A DNA stretch of 64,000 nt from Phoronis australis. Taxonomy: Eukaryota > Animalia > Phoronida. Of the stretch, positions 48,844 to 63,060 are shown one piece after another. Every line of letters begins with the position of its first letter. The first letter of the stretch is position 1. The stretch covers positions 10,574 through 74,573 of the forward strand of contig NMRA01000421.1 in NCBI GenBank assembly GCA_002633005.1, given 5' to 3'. The notes below the pieces were generated by a model. That model made no database searches, had not been told where the DNA came from, and worked only from the letters and a program-made list of their open reading frames with translations. The position numbers and the translations under genes were made by a program.

Positions 48844-50018
48844 CAGAATTACATACAGCAGCTTAGTTTAATGCACACAAATTACACGTCGTGCAAACCA
48901 GTCGGTCATCCCGTTTACCATCAACAATCCCAGTAGCCTTTGCGCACCCTAATTTCCGGACATGCGCAATCGTTAAATCGATTCGGTTGCAACTCCGCTA
49001 TTGGATGCAACTCAAGGTACCTGTTCAAATTTACATTCGTCATACAGCACCTAGGCATGGGCGGCGCACACTTTTTTCAGTGGTGCACCTTTGGGGGAGC
49101 TGAGGGGGCCTTAGCCGTTCCACTTTTTACTCCGTGCTGCGCCGACCATGCTAGGGCATGTTATAAATAGAACAAATGACGCAACCGCCAGCTCATAGTT
49201 GACAATCAGCTCATGCTAACAACCAAAACAGATTGATTTTTGTCATGAGAAATCATGAGCTTTCGTGCTTACCAAGATGCCCACTACCAAATTGCTCTCC
49301 GCGACCTTTTGTCTTCATATTAGAAGTGACGATACGGGTATGAAACAATTTTCTGGCATTTGCCACGATGCAGTTACGGCGATGATGCATGAACGTGGGA
49401 CACACATCAGAAATCATAGATTAGACGAAACTTGTGTACGTCATTGTTAGACTAATTACCGACCTTCAGTTTAGAGTTTTGTGTAGGTATACGATCGAAA
49501 ACTCGAACGCTGACATCTTTCAGCGATTGCCAAGTAGATGCAATGATATAACTGGCTTTCACTACCGGTCAACAGTATGTTGGTTCGGAGACCCCAAAAT
49601 ATGATAATGACCTTGGTTTCGACTTCTGAATTCTTGGTTTGAGCGCAGGTTGTGGTGCAGCGTCTAGTGTGGCTGTACATAGCTTTTGCTTAGTGCTCCC
49701 AGCTGCCACTATTGACTGGTCTTGTCTGTCAGTACAGTACATGTTTTTTCTCTCACATCAAGACTTGTGCAGTGACTCCACGTGCTGGGCAGAAGCCCAG
49801 ACTGAGCTTTACGAGATTGGACTCGTCTCTTGAAATGTGCTAAACCCAGCTGTGGAAGCATTTTCAGAACTCTACTGACGTTTTAATTCTTTAGTGGAAT
49901 ATTACATCTCAAATTAAATGCGGGGAAAAACACAAGTTACGATGCTTACACTTGTTCTGGAGTGGAGGCCTACATGCAACTATACCTGTGACAAAAATGG
50001 GGAAATGGGTATATATGG

Positions 50019-50026
<8 letters not shown>

Positions 50027-50069
<43 letters not shown>

Positions 50070-50082
50070 GTGCGTGTGTGTN

Positions 50083-50111
<29 letters not shown>
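50027..50111. repeat. (TG)n microsatellite
   Basis: About 42 TG units with two CG interruptions and one N. Confidence 0.95.
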
Positions 50112-50114
<3 letters not shown>

Positions 50115-50313
50115 GTGTAGAAATGGACGAAAATACACATCTACGCGTCAAAACAACGACGAGATCATGTACAACTGTAAATATTGTCACGTATGACAAA
50201 AAGCGCGACATCAGGATGTTATTTCAAGAAGCGGGGCGAAGCTTCAAAATAACGGGAATGCCTCTTCAAAAGCCAAACAATGATGTGATGACAAAGTACA
50301 TGTATGAATAGAC

Positions 50314-53300
50314 AAACATTACTAATGGTCAAGGACACATTTTATTTTTGGACTTTTGACTTTTGCAAGGCGTATGATACAACAAAACGGGACATTATTT
50401 TTCAAGCTTTGAAGGCTTTTAATTTTGGACAGTGTTTTACACGATGGGTAGAAATAATCATAACAAACCAACAGCTTGTGTTGTCATTAAGTGTTTTATA
50501 ACAGATTATTTTCGTTTAGAAAGGGGTGTGAGACAGGGTGATTCATTGTCGGGTCCATTATATTGCCTAGCTGTTGAAGTTGTGGCCAATTATATACGAG
50601 AGTGTAATTTAATTAAAGGCATAAGTGTTAAGAAAACTGAAGTTAAAATTCTCCAGTACGCAGATGACACTACCTTATTTCTTTATGACAAAAATTCTGG
50701 CATGAATTGTCTCAAATTTTTAGAACATTTTGGTTTACTCTCGGGTCTCCAGCTAAATATTAAGAAATGTGAAGGGTTATATTTAGGTCGAGAAAACGAG
50801 TATTCTGAACCGCTTTATGGCTTCAAGTGGACTGGCAAACCAATCAAGAGTCTGGGAATATTTTTTAGTCATAACAAAAAAGAATATGATTTTTTAAATC
50901 TTGAACTCAAAATTAAGTCCTTTGAAAAGTCTCTTGATATCTGGAAAAGTCGCAATATTTCATTGTTAGGAAGGATCAATGTAATTAAAACATTTGCGCT
51001 GTCTAAAATAATTTACGTGATTAGCAATTCAGGAATTGACAGCGAACGTAGAGCTAAGATAAATACTGTGATAAAAAATTTGTTTGGCAAAATAAACCAC
51101 TTAGAACTAGAATAAAAACAAATGTGGATGTAAATGCCCATGAAAATGGTGGTTTGACTGTTCCTGATATAAATATTATGTACAAGTCATTATTAGTTAA
51201 ATTGATTACGCGTTGCTTAGATGGAAACAATGAAATTTGAAAGTGTTTCCAGGGTATGTTTTTAAAACATATGAAGGTATTTTGATCTTTAAGTCAAATT
51301 ATGATTGTAAATTGCTGTCTCTTGCAAATATTGATACCTTCTATCTTGACATCTTGATTGTTTGGGAAGAAATTAGTGCTCATTTACATAAGGACATAAC
51401 AATTGTAAACAAAGTAGTATGGAATAACAAAATTATTGATTAATAGGAGGACTGTATTCTTTAATAGTTTCTTTGAGGCTGGTATTACTTTTGTGAAGGT
51501 TCTTTTGAATTTTGAAAATAAATTTTTGACATGGGAGCTTTTGAAAGATAGATATAAGCTTTCAAATTGGATTCATTATGCTGCTTTGAGACGTGCGATT
51601 AAATTGAAAGCTGATCCTTCGATTTCAAAATGCATACATCCCCAGTCAAGACAAATTACTAATGTGTTTTCTAGAAATATTTTGCTTTCCAAAATTGTTT
51701 TGCCTCCTGATATAGAATTCACCTTAACTGACATTTACTTTAGACTACGAATTAAACAAATTTATGTTCTTCCACACAAACTCTTGTTACCTCCTTATGT
51801 TAAAACCTTCAAGTACTTCTATATTCATAGAAAAGTGTTTACAAAATTTATTTTGAAAAAGATGAACTTAGTCAGTGATGACAAGTGTGCATCTTGTGGA
51901 ATTTTGAGACTTTTAACCATATGTTTGTGGAATGTGGTTCAGTGAAAACTTTGTGGTGTGAAATTCAGAAACTTTTAATTGACGTAACTGCACAACACGA
52001 TTTAATCCAAGATAGGAATGTTATTTTGACAGCATATTTTCGATGTAANNNNNNNNNNNNNNNNNNNNNNNNNNNNNNNNNNNNNNNNNNNNNNNNNNNN
52101 NNNNNNNNNNNNNNNNNNNNNNNNNNNNNNNNNNNNNNNNNNNNNNNNNNNNNNNNNNNNNNNNNNNNNNNNNNNNNNNNNNNNNNNNNNNNNNNNNNNN
52201 NNNNNNNNNNNNNNNNNNNNNNNNNNNNNNNNNNNNNNNNNNTTGTCATTAAGTGTTTTATAACAGATTATTTTCGTTTAGAAAGGGGTGTGAGACAGGG
52301 TGATTCATTGTCGGGTTCATTATATTGCCTAGCTGTTGAAATTGTGGCCAATTATATACGAGAGTGTAATTTAATTAAAAGCATAAGTGTTGAGAAAACT
52401 GAAGTTAAAATTCTCCAGTACGCAGATGACACTACCTTATTTGTTTATGACAAAAATTCTGGCATGAATTGTCTCAAATTTTTAGAACATTTTGGTTTAC
52501 TCTCGGGTCTCCAGCTAAATATTAAGAAATGTGAAGGGTTATATTTAGGTCGAGACCACGAGTATTCTGAACCGCTTTATGTCTTCAAGTGGACTGGCAA
52601 ACCAATCAAGAGTCTGGGAATATTTTTTAGTCATAACAAAAAAGAAAATGATTTTTTAAATCTTGAACTCAAAATTAAGTCCTTTAAAAAGTCTCTTGAT
52701 ATCTTGAAAAGTCGCAATATTTCATTGTTAGGAAGGATCAATGTAACTAAAACATTTGCGCTGTCTAAAATAATTTACGTGATTAGCAATTTAGGAATTG
52801 ACAGCGAACGTAGAGCTAAGATAAATACTGTGATAAAAAATTTTGTTTGGCAAAATAAACCACTTATAACTAGAATAAAAACAAATGTGGATGTAAATGC
52901 CCATGAAAATGGTGGTTTGACTGTTCCTGATATAAATATTATGTACAAGTCATTATTAGTTAAATTGATTACGCGTTGCTTAGATGCAAACAATGAAATT
53001 AGTGTTTCCAGGGTATGTTTTTAAAACATATGAAGGCATTTTGATCTTTAAGTCAAATTATGATTGTAAATTGCTGTCTCTTGCAAATATTGATACCTTT
53101 TATCTTGACATCTTGATTGCTTGGGAAGAAATTAGTGCTCACTTACATAAGGACATAACAATTGTAAAAAAAGTAGTGTGGAATAACAAAAACATATTGA
53201 TTAATAGGAGGACTGTATTCTTTAATAGTTTCTTTGAGGCTGGTATTACTTTTGTGAAGGTTCTTTTGAATTTTGAAAATAAATTTCTGACATGGGAGGT

Positions 53301-54110
53301 TTTGAAAGATAGATATAAGCTTTCAAATTGGATTCATTATGCTGCTTTGAGACGTGCGATTAAGTTGAAAGCTGATCCTTCGATTTCAAAATGCATACAT
53401 CCCCAGTCAAGACAAATTACTAATGTGTTTTCTAGAAATATTTTGCTTTCCAAAATTGTTTTGCCTCCTGATACAGAATACACCTTAACTGACATTTACT
53501 TTAGACTACGAATTAAACAAATTTATGTTCTTCCACACAAACTCTTGTAACCTCCTTATGTTAAAACCTTCAAGTACTTCTATATTCATAGAAAAGTGTT
53601 TACAAAATTTATTTTGAAAAAGATGAACTTAGTCAGTGATGACAAGTGTGCATCTTGTGGAATTTTGAGACTTTTAACCATATGTTTGTGGAATGTGGTT
53701 CAGTGAAAACTTTGTGGTGTGAAATTCAGAAACTTTTAATTGACGTAACTGCACAACACGATTTAATCCAAGATAGGAATGTTATTTTGACAGCATATTT
53801 TCGATGTAATTTTGAAGATATCAATACCATATTAACTATTTGCCAGTATTTCATCCATAAATGTTCTAGAAACCAGATTATTCCTAGATATTCATAATTT
53901 CAATGTTTGTTGTATAATAATTGTAAAGTAAGGAACATACAACCCCGCAAAACTGCCTTTTGGGAAACCATCAATGCCTGTTTATTTTAGACCAACCGTG
54001 AATTATTATAATTTAGATATGTGTGTGTGTGTGTGTGCCTGTGTTTCATTTGCAAAGATCTTATTGTTTGTAAATATTAGTGTATTTTGAAATAAAATGT
54101 TTAAAAAAAT
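50314..54110 (+). mobile_element. 5'-truncated Tx1/L1-clade LINE (RT + zf-RVT), frameshifted; internal 1.57 kb represented twice across an N gap
   Basis: DFCKAYD, GVRQGDSLS, LQYADDTTLF, SGLQLN..KC, and C..C...ETFNHMFVEC. AATAAA and A-rich tail; TSD tatgaatagac at 50303-50313 and 54111-54121. 50481-52048 matches 52243-53809. Confidence 0.92.
52049..52242. other. Assembly gap (194 N)
   Basis: Run of N. Confidence 1.
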
Positions 54111-54369
54111 TATGAATAGACTATAGATTTTGAATACAGACTCGAAATTTTCGAAATTATAGCTTTAATGCTGGCACATCAAGCCCAAAATAGAACGAGA
54201 CAGTCATGCAAGCGAATTTCAACATAATAATCATAGACACATATTGAATGTGTTTTAAAGTAGAACAGCAAATCTCATTCATAATTTCGAGTTCAATTTC
54301 GAGCTGCGCTACCAGTTTACCCGAGCAAGGAGTGTAGTGTACCCTAGTAAGCAATTCCCATTGCAAGAC

Positions 54370-55850
54370 TTAAGGTGTGATGTCACAATTGTAAAATTAC
54401 CATGACCATCTTAGGATGTTCATCAATTCAACACCGATCGCGAGAAAAGATTTTATTAATTTTGGGCCAATTTAGTTTATTTAGACCCCGTATCAATAAA
54501 ATATTAACTTCATGAGGTTTCAGATCGTGTTTGATAATTGTGGAACTTAAAATCTAAGTATAAACACTGATAATTTAAGGATTTTGAATTTTATAAATGT
54601 AAGGTTTTTATGTTTCCCGCTAAGTGATGTCATCAGCGGAAGACGTTGAATAGTTTACAGTGGTGATTTTGTAAGTTACGAAGAATTAGAGAGCGTGCAT
54701 GACGAATAGGAATGGAGATGGGGGTGAAGACGACACCCTGGAGTTACGCGCAACAGGTGATGAGTAACACATGGTCCTGTCGCAGAATTGCGTGTTTGAG
54801 GCTGTACGAACTCAATCCTCCCGCACTGGCGTCTTCGGGGAGTGAAGCCGAGTCGGAGCCTGCTTAGTCTGCGGACAGTTCTGTTTTCAAAGCTGACATA
54901 TCTGAGTAGTAATTGTAGATTTTTGTTTTATCACGCTTTAGTTTTCTAACCAGTTTAGTCTCGAGTAGTGTGTGTACGCCTCAAAATGTAAAATTATAAC
55001 CGAAGTTTTTACCTTTTGACAGTCAAAGCCCAGTCGGCGAATATTGATTTCATTTCTTCGAATGCTGAGTATGTTTGTCAGAAACTATCACACCTAATTG
55101 TAGTGATGCACACTGGATTATATTTCTGGTAAATGGTACTCGTTTATGTCTCGTCTGTTCCAAAACTATGAAAGCTTTGTACTGTTGTCATTCGTCAGTC
55201 AGAGTGCCCGAATCTAGCTTCTGTGCCGGCTGCGCTCGTGACCTTAATTTATTTGCCTGGCTTCTACATTCCATTTTCTACAATTGTGCATTGACACATA
55301 TGTAGATAGCATGCATTCTCACAGAACTCTAAACAAGAATAGACTGATGAGAACTTTCTTTACTGCAATCACATTCATTATGTCAGTCACAACTTGTTCA
55401 TATTGAGGCTGATAATATTATTATGTGCCAGGCGACCACTTTTCCAGCAATAGTGCCACACAATACGCTATTTTCGTCGATCAAGTGCACTTACAGTTTG
55501 CAGACACTTTTATCAAATCTCCGTTTCTGCAACGGGTCGAAGCACGATTCTTCAAAATGGGCCCACCACACCGTGGCTTGTGAACTGATCGCTTGCTCCA
55601 CTGTGTCTGAGTTTGTTTTTGGATGATCTTTTAAGGTGTTTTCCCAGAACACAAAAACTGAAATGTTGTCTGTCCGACTGCTATTACTGCATCCTTTGCA
55701 CACGCAGCTTTTCATAATACTCAATATTCAACACCTTTCGAGACCACGCCAGTACACGGCTGGTGTAAACCGACACAATGACGAAGAGCGGACATCAGTT
55801 GATGACGTCACAAGATTTTTTTTATTTTTGCGTTTAACTGTTGATTAAAA
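54370..55850 (-). mobile_element. THAP-bearing (Kolobok-like) non-autonomous element
   Basis: ORF 55491-55724 MKSCVCKGCSN...SVFVF...VWWAHFEESCFD is THAP-like; starts TTAA|GG. ~54610-55400 is homologous to ~58545-59220. Boundaries approximate. Confidence 0.55.
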
Positions 55851-58391
55851 GTACACAAAGTGAAGACGAAATATTTAAAATACATGTATCACACCAAAGT
55901 TGTTGGTAAGTAAATTCAAGCAATTATGACTATGATGTGATTAGTTAAAAACAATCGAAAGTGAAGAGCCATCCGCCAAAAACAGCAAAGTTCAATAGAT
56001 GTGATGCTATTCTAAAGTAAGTGTGCGCACATACAACTTTTGACAACTTTATATTAAAAGAATTAATTTCATGAAAAATGACTTCTAAATAAGACCCCTA
56101 ATTTAAGACTTGCACTCTACAAGCTTTTGGGTGCTTTCTTCAGATGCACCGGACAGTCATTGTACGGTTTTGCTGACTTGCCCTCTATTTGCTGACACTG
56201 GCTAGCCAGTTAGGGTGATATGTATTGACAAGTCGACCAAAAGATGGTATGGCGAACGTACTGGAAAACCGGCTGAAGGGCGATACTTTATTGCCGGTGC
56301 CGGAATTTTCTTATAGGGTCCATCTTACATATGCATGCGTCCGATATACAATGTAGGGGGACACTTCTCCGCCCAGGGTGTAGATTTTAGGAAGATATGG
56401 AGAATTCATTCCCAATTTCCATAGCTTTATAGGAAACGGATGCAAAAATCATGTGACACACCTGGTGAGTGAAAATCGTTTGCTGTGGAAGAGGTATTCT
56501 TCACAATACATTGCGTACTTGACTTATCTTATCAAGTAGGCTGCATGGGCATGTTAGAGGAAAGAAGACTAAGAAGTTCTAGTAACACTGCGAATCATCC
56601 CAACCATTGGCCAGTATTGCTATATTTATTGGTACAGACAAAGTTTTTTCGGTCATGTTCGTTCGTGTAAATGATGAACGGTTCAAAATGAGGTGAGGTC
56701 GGCGACATGAGAGTTAATCAAAATGGGGTTTAATTATGCAAAGGGGATTTGTCAGTCCCCGTCGTTGCTGTGTTGTAAAGTTAGTGAAAATGCGTCAGAA
56801 CAAACCGAACGATAACGTATTTCCGAATCGGGGGTGATCATGAAGGTTTAGGGTATATTCAAATGTGAGGCCACTTCCACGTTGAAACGGGACTGAAATA
56901 AACACACATTTTAAAAGCAAAACTTTGCATCCTCGCCTATAAACATACGCGACAAAATCCTCAAGGGACAATATTTGAATAATGGCTCACAATACTTTGT
57001 TGCTTAATGCTTTTACCCAATAACTGACTCCGGGTCTAATGGGAATTGAACGGCGCTTTGATTAGAATTAATTGTTTTATTTCATCGTACACTTACACAA
57101 ATTAAGTAATTCAATCTGAAAATAGAATACAAAGGAAAAACACACCTCAGAGTATTTGAGTGCTTCGAAAAGAAAAGGAACGAAATCCAAAACTTGGTAG
57201 TGTCACATGTAGAATAATTGAATAAACTCAGGAACGGTAAACCCAGACAAAAACTACCCTGAACATTATCGTCCCAAAATCTAAGCAATTGGACCTCCAT
57301 CAGTCACACTGCAGAACATTTCAACGATATTTGAAGTACAGGTACATGTAACTTTGGAGTTCATAAGCATTCAAATTAGCTGCTAAAAACATTAATAGAT
57401 ACCCAGGGGATGTACATCCAATATGCTAGTATGCTAAATGGTAATTACTTGTTCATTAAGAAAATCCTAACTATACATTAATAAAGTATAAACATGGTTT
57501 CACGTGATCAGTGCAAGGATCCGAATTGTGCTGCCTGCACACGTCTGGTACAACAGCTTTTACGGACTCCTGGAACAAGTTGTACTTATAACACAGCAGC
57601 GAATGAATGAAAAGGCATTGTCGTTCGAAATATGTTAATTTAAAAATAAAATGAGTTTTAAACCAAACCACTTTTGGAAACATATTCTCAAATGATGTCC
57701 TCTAAACATGACGTCATTTTTTAAATAAATCGAACACAATATACAAATCATAGTTCTTGGCGACACCAAACCATCAATAATTTGTTTAGTTTTCGAGACC
57801 CCTGAAAAATATTCTGACGCGTGTTATGCATGGAAAAAAATTGTCTGTTAGTAAGTTGAACTAAACCTTTTTCTCGAGGATTTTTGTATGTCTGCCAAAG
57901 ATTTCTGACTCTGGTACACGCGGTAGATGTACAATCGGCATGTACCTCGGGTACCAGAACTTGGTTTCTCAGTTTGTGATTGGAAAGTGCGCTGTTTTCA
58001 GCGCCCTTTGCTGCCCAACATATGTGATAAGTTCAATGCATATGAAGTTTGTTCTTTACAGAAAATGTGCGAATTAAAACGTTTAAACGATGCAAGCCTA
58101 TTTGGCAGATATATCAGTTGAAATGACTCGTGGTAAAATGTGTTTAGTTCAAAAGCCAGTTATGAATTGTTAGGCCGTTGACTGTAATCTATATACAGTA
58201 CATGTATTGTGAAGCAATTTGTTTTTTCATTCCGTGTTGGAGTGTTAACGAAGATGTATTAGTATTTTTGACCTCTTTAATTGTTGGCCGAACTAGATTC
58301 GGTCTCTCATCTCCATTTCTCTGAAGACGATCGCACCTCTACTTTTTCCCAAAGATCCATCAAAATTGTTATATTTTTAGGAAAGCGTAAC

Positions 58392-59220
58392 TTAAAGCGA
58401 CCTTACCACGGATTTGTTCACGTTTTGAGGTTTTAGCCATTGTATAATACATTTATAACGCACAATCTAACTAAACAAGCACTTATGTTGGGAAATAATT
58501 TAGGAATTTTGAAGGATAAATAATTATCAATCAATTATTTTTTGGTTTCCCGCCACCTGACGTCACCAGTGGAAGTCGTTGATTTGTTATGCAATGGCGG
58601 ACATTAGTGATTTTATAAGTTGCGAAGGCTTCTCGCCATATCGGCAGACTTTACGTGTTTGCAGCAGTACGAACTCGACCATCCCGCATCGGCGTCTTCG
58701 GCCAGTGAATCCGAGTCGTAGCTTACCCAGCCTGCGAAAGAGTCCGGATTTCAGAGTGGCAATTAAAGCTATTTCAAACCATTTTAGTGTCGAGTAATAT
58801 GTGTCTCTAACTGTAAATCTAACCAAAGTTTTTACCCTTACTCTCAAAGCCCTGTCTCGAATAGATGACACTTGGTTTTATTTCTTCAAATGCGAGTGCG
58901 TTTGTCAGGAACATCTAATTATAGTGATTTTGACTGGATTGGATTTGTAGTAAATGATATTCATTTCTGACCCTTCTGTTCCAAAATTATGAAAGCGTTG
59001 TAGCGTTGCCATTTCGGTCCAGTATCCGAATCCAGACTCTGGGCCTGCTGCGGTCTTCATCTCAAATTATTTGCGGGCATCTACATCCCATTTTACTATT
59101 GTGCACTGACGTATATGCGGATAGCATACATTCCCACACAATTGTGAACAGTAATGGACTGATGGGAACTTACTGTAATCACATTCAATACATCAGTCAC
59201 AATTTAACTCTATTTCAATA
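58392..59220. mobile_element. Second, shorter copy of the 54370-55850 family
   Basis: tttcccgc...ga(c/t)gtca.cag.ggaag.cgttg, ggcgtcttcgg..agtgaa.ccgagtcg and aatcacattca...tcagtcacaa are shared; starts TTAA|AG. Confidence 0.6.
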
Positions 59221-59254
59221 ACAGATCAAATTTCACAATTTTCACTTTGCTTAC

Positions 59255-62200
59255 TTGAAAAAGTCCAATCCGTGTGAGCAATTTACTTCGTCTTCACCAT
59301 TACGACAATCCATCACGCCGTCGCAACGTTTACTTATGGAATAACAAGATCCGTCGTTGCATTGTCTTTGAGTTGAACTACACGCGTCAAAACCTTCCAC
59401 AACTACATGTTCGCACAATGCATTCAGTGACCTCCCGTTGACACCAATACCTGTGGTATCATTGCTGTCAACTTTCGATGCCATCCTTTATAACATCCCA
59501 CGGAAAAACCATCGGTCTCAACAACTGGCAGTCACCTGACACAGTTTTATCCAGACATACTGAGCCAAATTCAACACGATGATTCCAAAGATGTAAAATC
59601 CCGTTCAATGTTTCCATGTCAGGACACCTGTCAGAACAACTTATTAGTGTCACAAATCCATGCCGTTGCTTTGTCAAGTCACGTCTTTTGTTGACAGAGT
59701 CTATGTTCCACACGGCGGATCCATACTTGAGAGGAAAGTTACATGGTACCATGAACCAACTCTGACCGTAATGAGGGTTCCGAATGAGCATGAGTCCACA
59801 TCTGTTTCCAGGATTCTGGTTTGGCTGTCTCAGCATGGTACCCATAATTGGTCTCATGTCATTAACATCACAATTAATTAATTCATCTCCAAATGGTGAC
59901 ACAACGTCACCGGGGTATACCAACTGGAAAACGTTAATGGCTTCCCATTCGACCAACGAGCATTTTTACCGTCAGCCCCGAGGCCAATAAAAATCGCCAC
60001 ATATAGAATACTACGCTTCCAATCACCTTTAAGTAAGCCCATTACTTGCTGTATTTATTATTCGCTTTCAATGTTTAACAGATCACCACCGTCTGTAAGA
60101 CATTTCTATCTGGCAGAAAATCACGAGTTTGCGCTTAGATATATTTTGAAACAACTACCTTGGATGAAAATGTAGTCCCTTCTCCCACAGTAAAGAGTAT
60201 TGTTAACTCGTTCAGGTATCACGACAGGGCGAAAGAAGTACTCCATTGCAATGATGGCTTTTAGGATTGATAGATTAATGGTAACGTGCACCAAATCGGC
60301 CGATACCGTAAGCACATGTAAACGCTTCGGGCTGTTTGTGTAGCAAAGATGTTTATAAATGTAGGTGGACGAATGTACGGGATGACCAGTATCAAAATGA
60401 GTATTGGGGTTAACTGGCTTTCTCTTTACTCAGTCACTCACTTGAATGGCTGAGGAAACTCGTGAACTGAAATTTATTTCAAAATAAGACGGAAATCGAT
60501 TTTCCTTTGAATCTCTGTAAAATTCCTCTTGTTGAAGATAAAATGACTTGAACGTTGTGATTTCCCAAATAATTTCGGCTTGGTGATTTGGAGCTTGCAC
60601 AAATCCACAGGCTTCAATGAGTGTAGACGAACCGCGCAAGATCATGTGCGGCGAATAAAGCGAACATGGGCTATTTCATCCAAAACTTGAAAATGTAAAG
60701 TTAAATTGTACGGCTAACGTGGGAATCGATGTGGCAAAAGATGTCATGAAGGTAAGTGCCCGATGGACGGAGGCAACCACCATAAACACATTCTGTTGTT
60801 GAGACTGTTTACATTCAGGATTAAAGTTTCCAAATCGGAAAACTGGCGTACTAAAAGAATTACAGTCTATACCGTAACTAAAGAGCGTGTCTGATGTGTA
60901 CGTGTGGAATGTATATGTAACTTATGGACCTTTTGCGAACTCTACGTACTGGTATTGCTTATTATGCTGTTAAGGGATTGGCTGAATAACGAAGCAACTA
61001 GCAACAGGTAAAACGTAATAATTGTCTGTACCAACTAAAAATAAACCCTTGCAATCAAATTCTACTGTAGCATTAGCGACATAGCTTCCAAGTTTCAATC
61101 CCATGCATTGTACTGCGTGATAATTCTATGTGAGATAACGCGAAGAAGTTACGAAATAGTTGACGATGCGTCCGCTGCTAGATTGCTTTCCAGAGGCTGA
61201 AAACCTTCCACAGTATGGACCAAACGACTGTGACGTTTTCACGTCTTTGCCATCGAAAAGAACAAGTCCTTTGTAGGAACAGTCGTCTACATGGTTCAGA
61301 TTTAATTCGTATAGCACTATTCGATGATAATCCGTTGCACGCGCCGCCATACATCTTCAAACACATTGCCCGTGAAAGCCTTCAACGTCGTTTATGTAAA
61401 AATTTAGAACTGGATTGACATACACTGTACGATACTATCTGGTGGATACCTTTACGATAAAGTTGACTGCAAATTGTTGGTAACGTTGTGAAGTCCCCGA
61501 GATCGACACTCAGTCTAACATAAACGAGTTTAAAAGGGTCTCAAAGTACAATCCTGATCATGTTATGGCTTTGATTTGATAGCACGTTGTGCTTGTTCAT
61601 AAGAGCTTTCAGTTGGGTGCTAAACAACGGCATGTTTGTGAACGGGTGAAAACAGGCAAAAACATCCAAAGTACCGTTCACTTTTTTGTTCGCAACTTCA
61701 ATTGAAATATTGCTTGACCTAGCATTGGGTGAAATAATGTGCCATGGGTAAGTAAAACGAGTAGTACCTTCGAAACTTTCAATGACAGACGGCTTCTTTC
61801 TTTCTGTAAAAAGTACCGTCGTTGATGAAGTCACCGTCAACACGTATGCTCCGACTTCAGACACATTAGTATGTTAAGGAATTTCGTCATATTTCGCTCT
61901 AAACGCTCGGTTCTCAGATGTGAGAATAATTTCAATATACACCAACGAGGTTTCTTAGATAACCGTACAGGGATATTTAGGGGCGCAATAGCGTTTAAGG
62001 ACTGATTATTTGTCCATTGTAGATCACCATTGTCGCTCTGGCTCACTCAGCAAGTTGTGTAAACCACATGCCACCACCCACATCTAACTAAATATAGTTT
62101 TAATTTTTAAATCTAATTTTGAAGCCGCATGTCGTTTCTTACAAATTGTTGACGAAGGACGCCTAAACTAGAACACCATAAATTCCTTCTGATATTCTTG

Positions 62201-62605
62201 AAGAAATGTAAAACTGAGTCAGCGTTCTTGGAGTATATTTTAGACAGAACTTTACTGGTGATGTTCCTTGGTTTGGATGATAAGAAATGTTTAAATCACC
62301 TGTTACACTGATCGAAATTATGGCGCCCTTTCAGCGCACTGCCGTGGTCTAAACACGTCATAAACCTCGTCACCATCGATGCAAAGTAGCACAAGATGAC
62401 ACTCTGTAATATTTTCAATTTCAAATTCATAGATTGTAAGGAGAATCTCTTGCGAAAGTTCAGATGTAACTGTCCAATGATTTACTTCGTTCTTCGGCAA
62501 TGAATGACCTCCATAACCACCAGACACTACACCATTGTTATTCTCTTGAGAACTAACATGTACATCATGTATAAGTAAAACCAGTGCTGCCCAGAGAAAG
62601 CACAT
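59255..62605 (-). pseudogene. Disrupted multidomain receptor ectodomain: signal peptide, CUB-like (x2 or more), C-type lectin, LDLa (GRL101/LGR-like architecture)
   Basis: MCFLWAALVLLIHDVHVSS leader; CSYKGLVLFDG...GPYCG (CUB); GSCFKIY...S*FSAR*KCLTDGGDLLNIESE and QPNQNPGNRCG...WFMVPC (CTLD); CSSTQRQCNDGSCYSISKRCDGVMDCRNGEDEVNC (LDLa). Many stops and frameshifts; gtaagc donor after 59255. Confidence 0.78.
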
Positions 62606-62990
62606 GGTTGAGCAGCGAGAACATTAACTACTGCGATTTCCCATTTATAACAACACAATTTAAACCATAACTTATTGTAAATCAAACAATCATCCTCATC
62701 ATTTAATGAATAGTTCCAAGAAACGTAGGCCAAGCACATCATGCACAACGTAGCGAAGCCGCACAAGCGCAAATCAAGCATGTCGTAATACAACATCAGA
62801 TTTTTTTGATAAAATTTGTTTCGTACGTGACAGTGATGCATACAAGGTGCTTTTTGTCCTTCAACTTCCTTTCCTTGGTTGTTTTTTTTTAAACCTTCGA
62901 CTGGCACTGTAAATGTCCAAGCTAATCGAGAAACCATCTTTGTACTTGCGCAGCACTGACTCATTGTAGAACAAGGATGAATACGCTCGT

Positions 62991-63060
62991 CTCGCTGGTT
63001 CCCTGCGTGTCCGCTAGGGGTAGATAACATTCAGGTATCATTCACTGGCACCCGTTTTAT
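62991..63060 (+). mobile_element. Left end of the tcgctggttccctgcgt MITE family
   Basis: ctcgctggttccctgcgtgtccgctagg...caggtatca matches 42514-42570. Confidence 0.55.

Noticed and set aside
49909-50311. ORFs with CVCV/HTHT repeats
   Set aside because: Translations of the (TG)n microsatellite.
56100-56895. Possible downstream exon of the CUB-CTL-LDLa gene or a decayed glycosyltransferase (minus-strand acceptor at ~56895)
   Set aside because: All frames I read have stops and no motif I can identify; it needs blastx.
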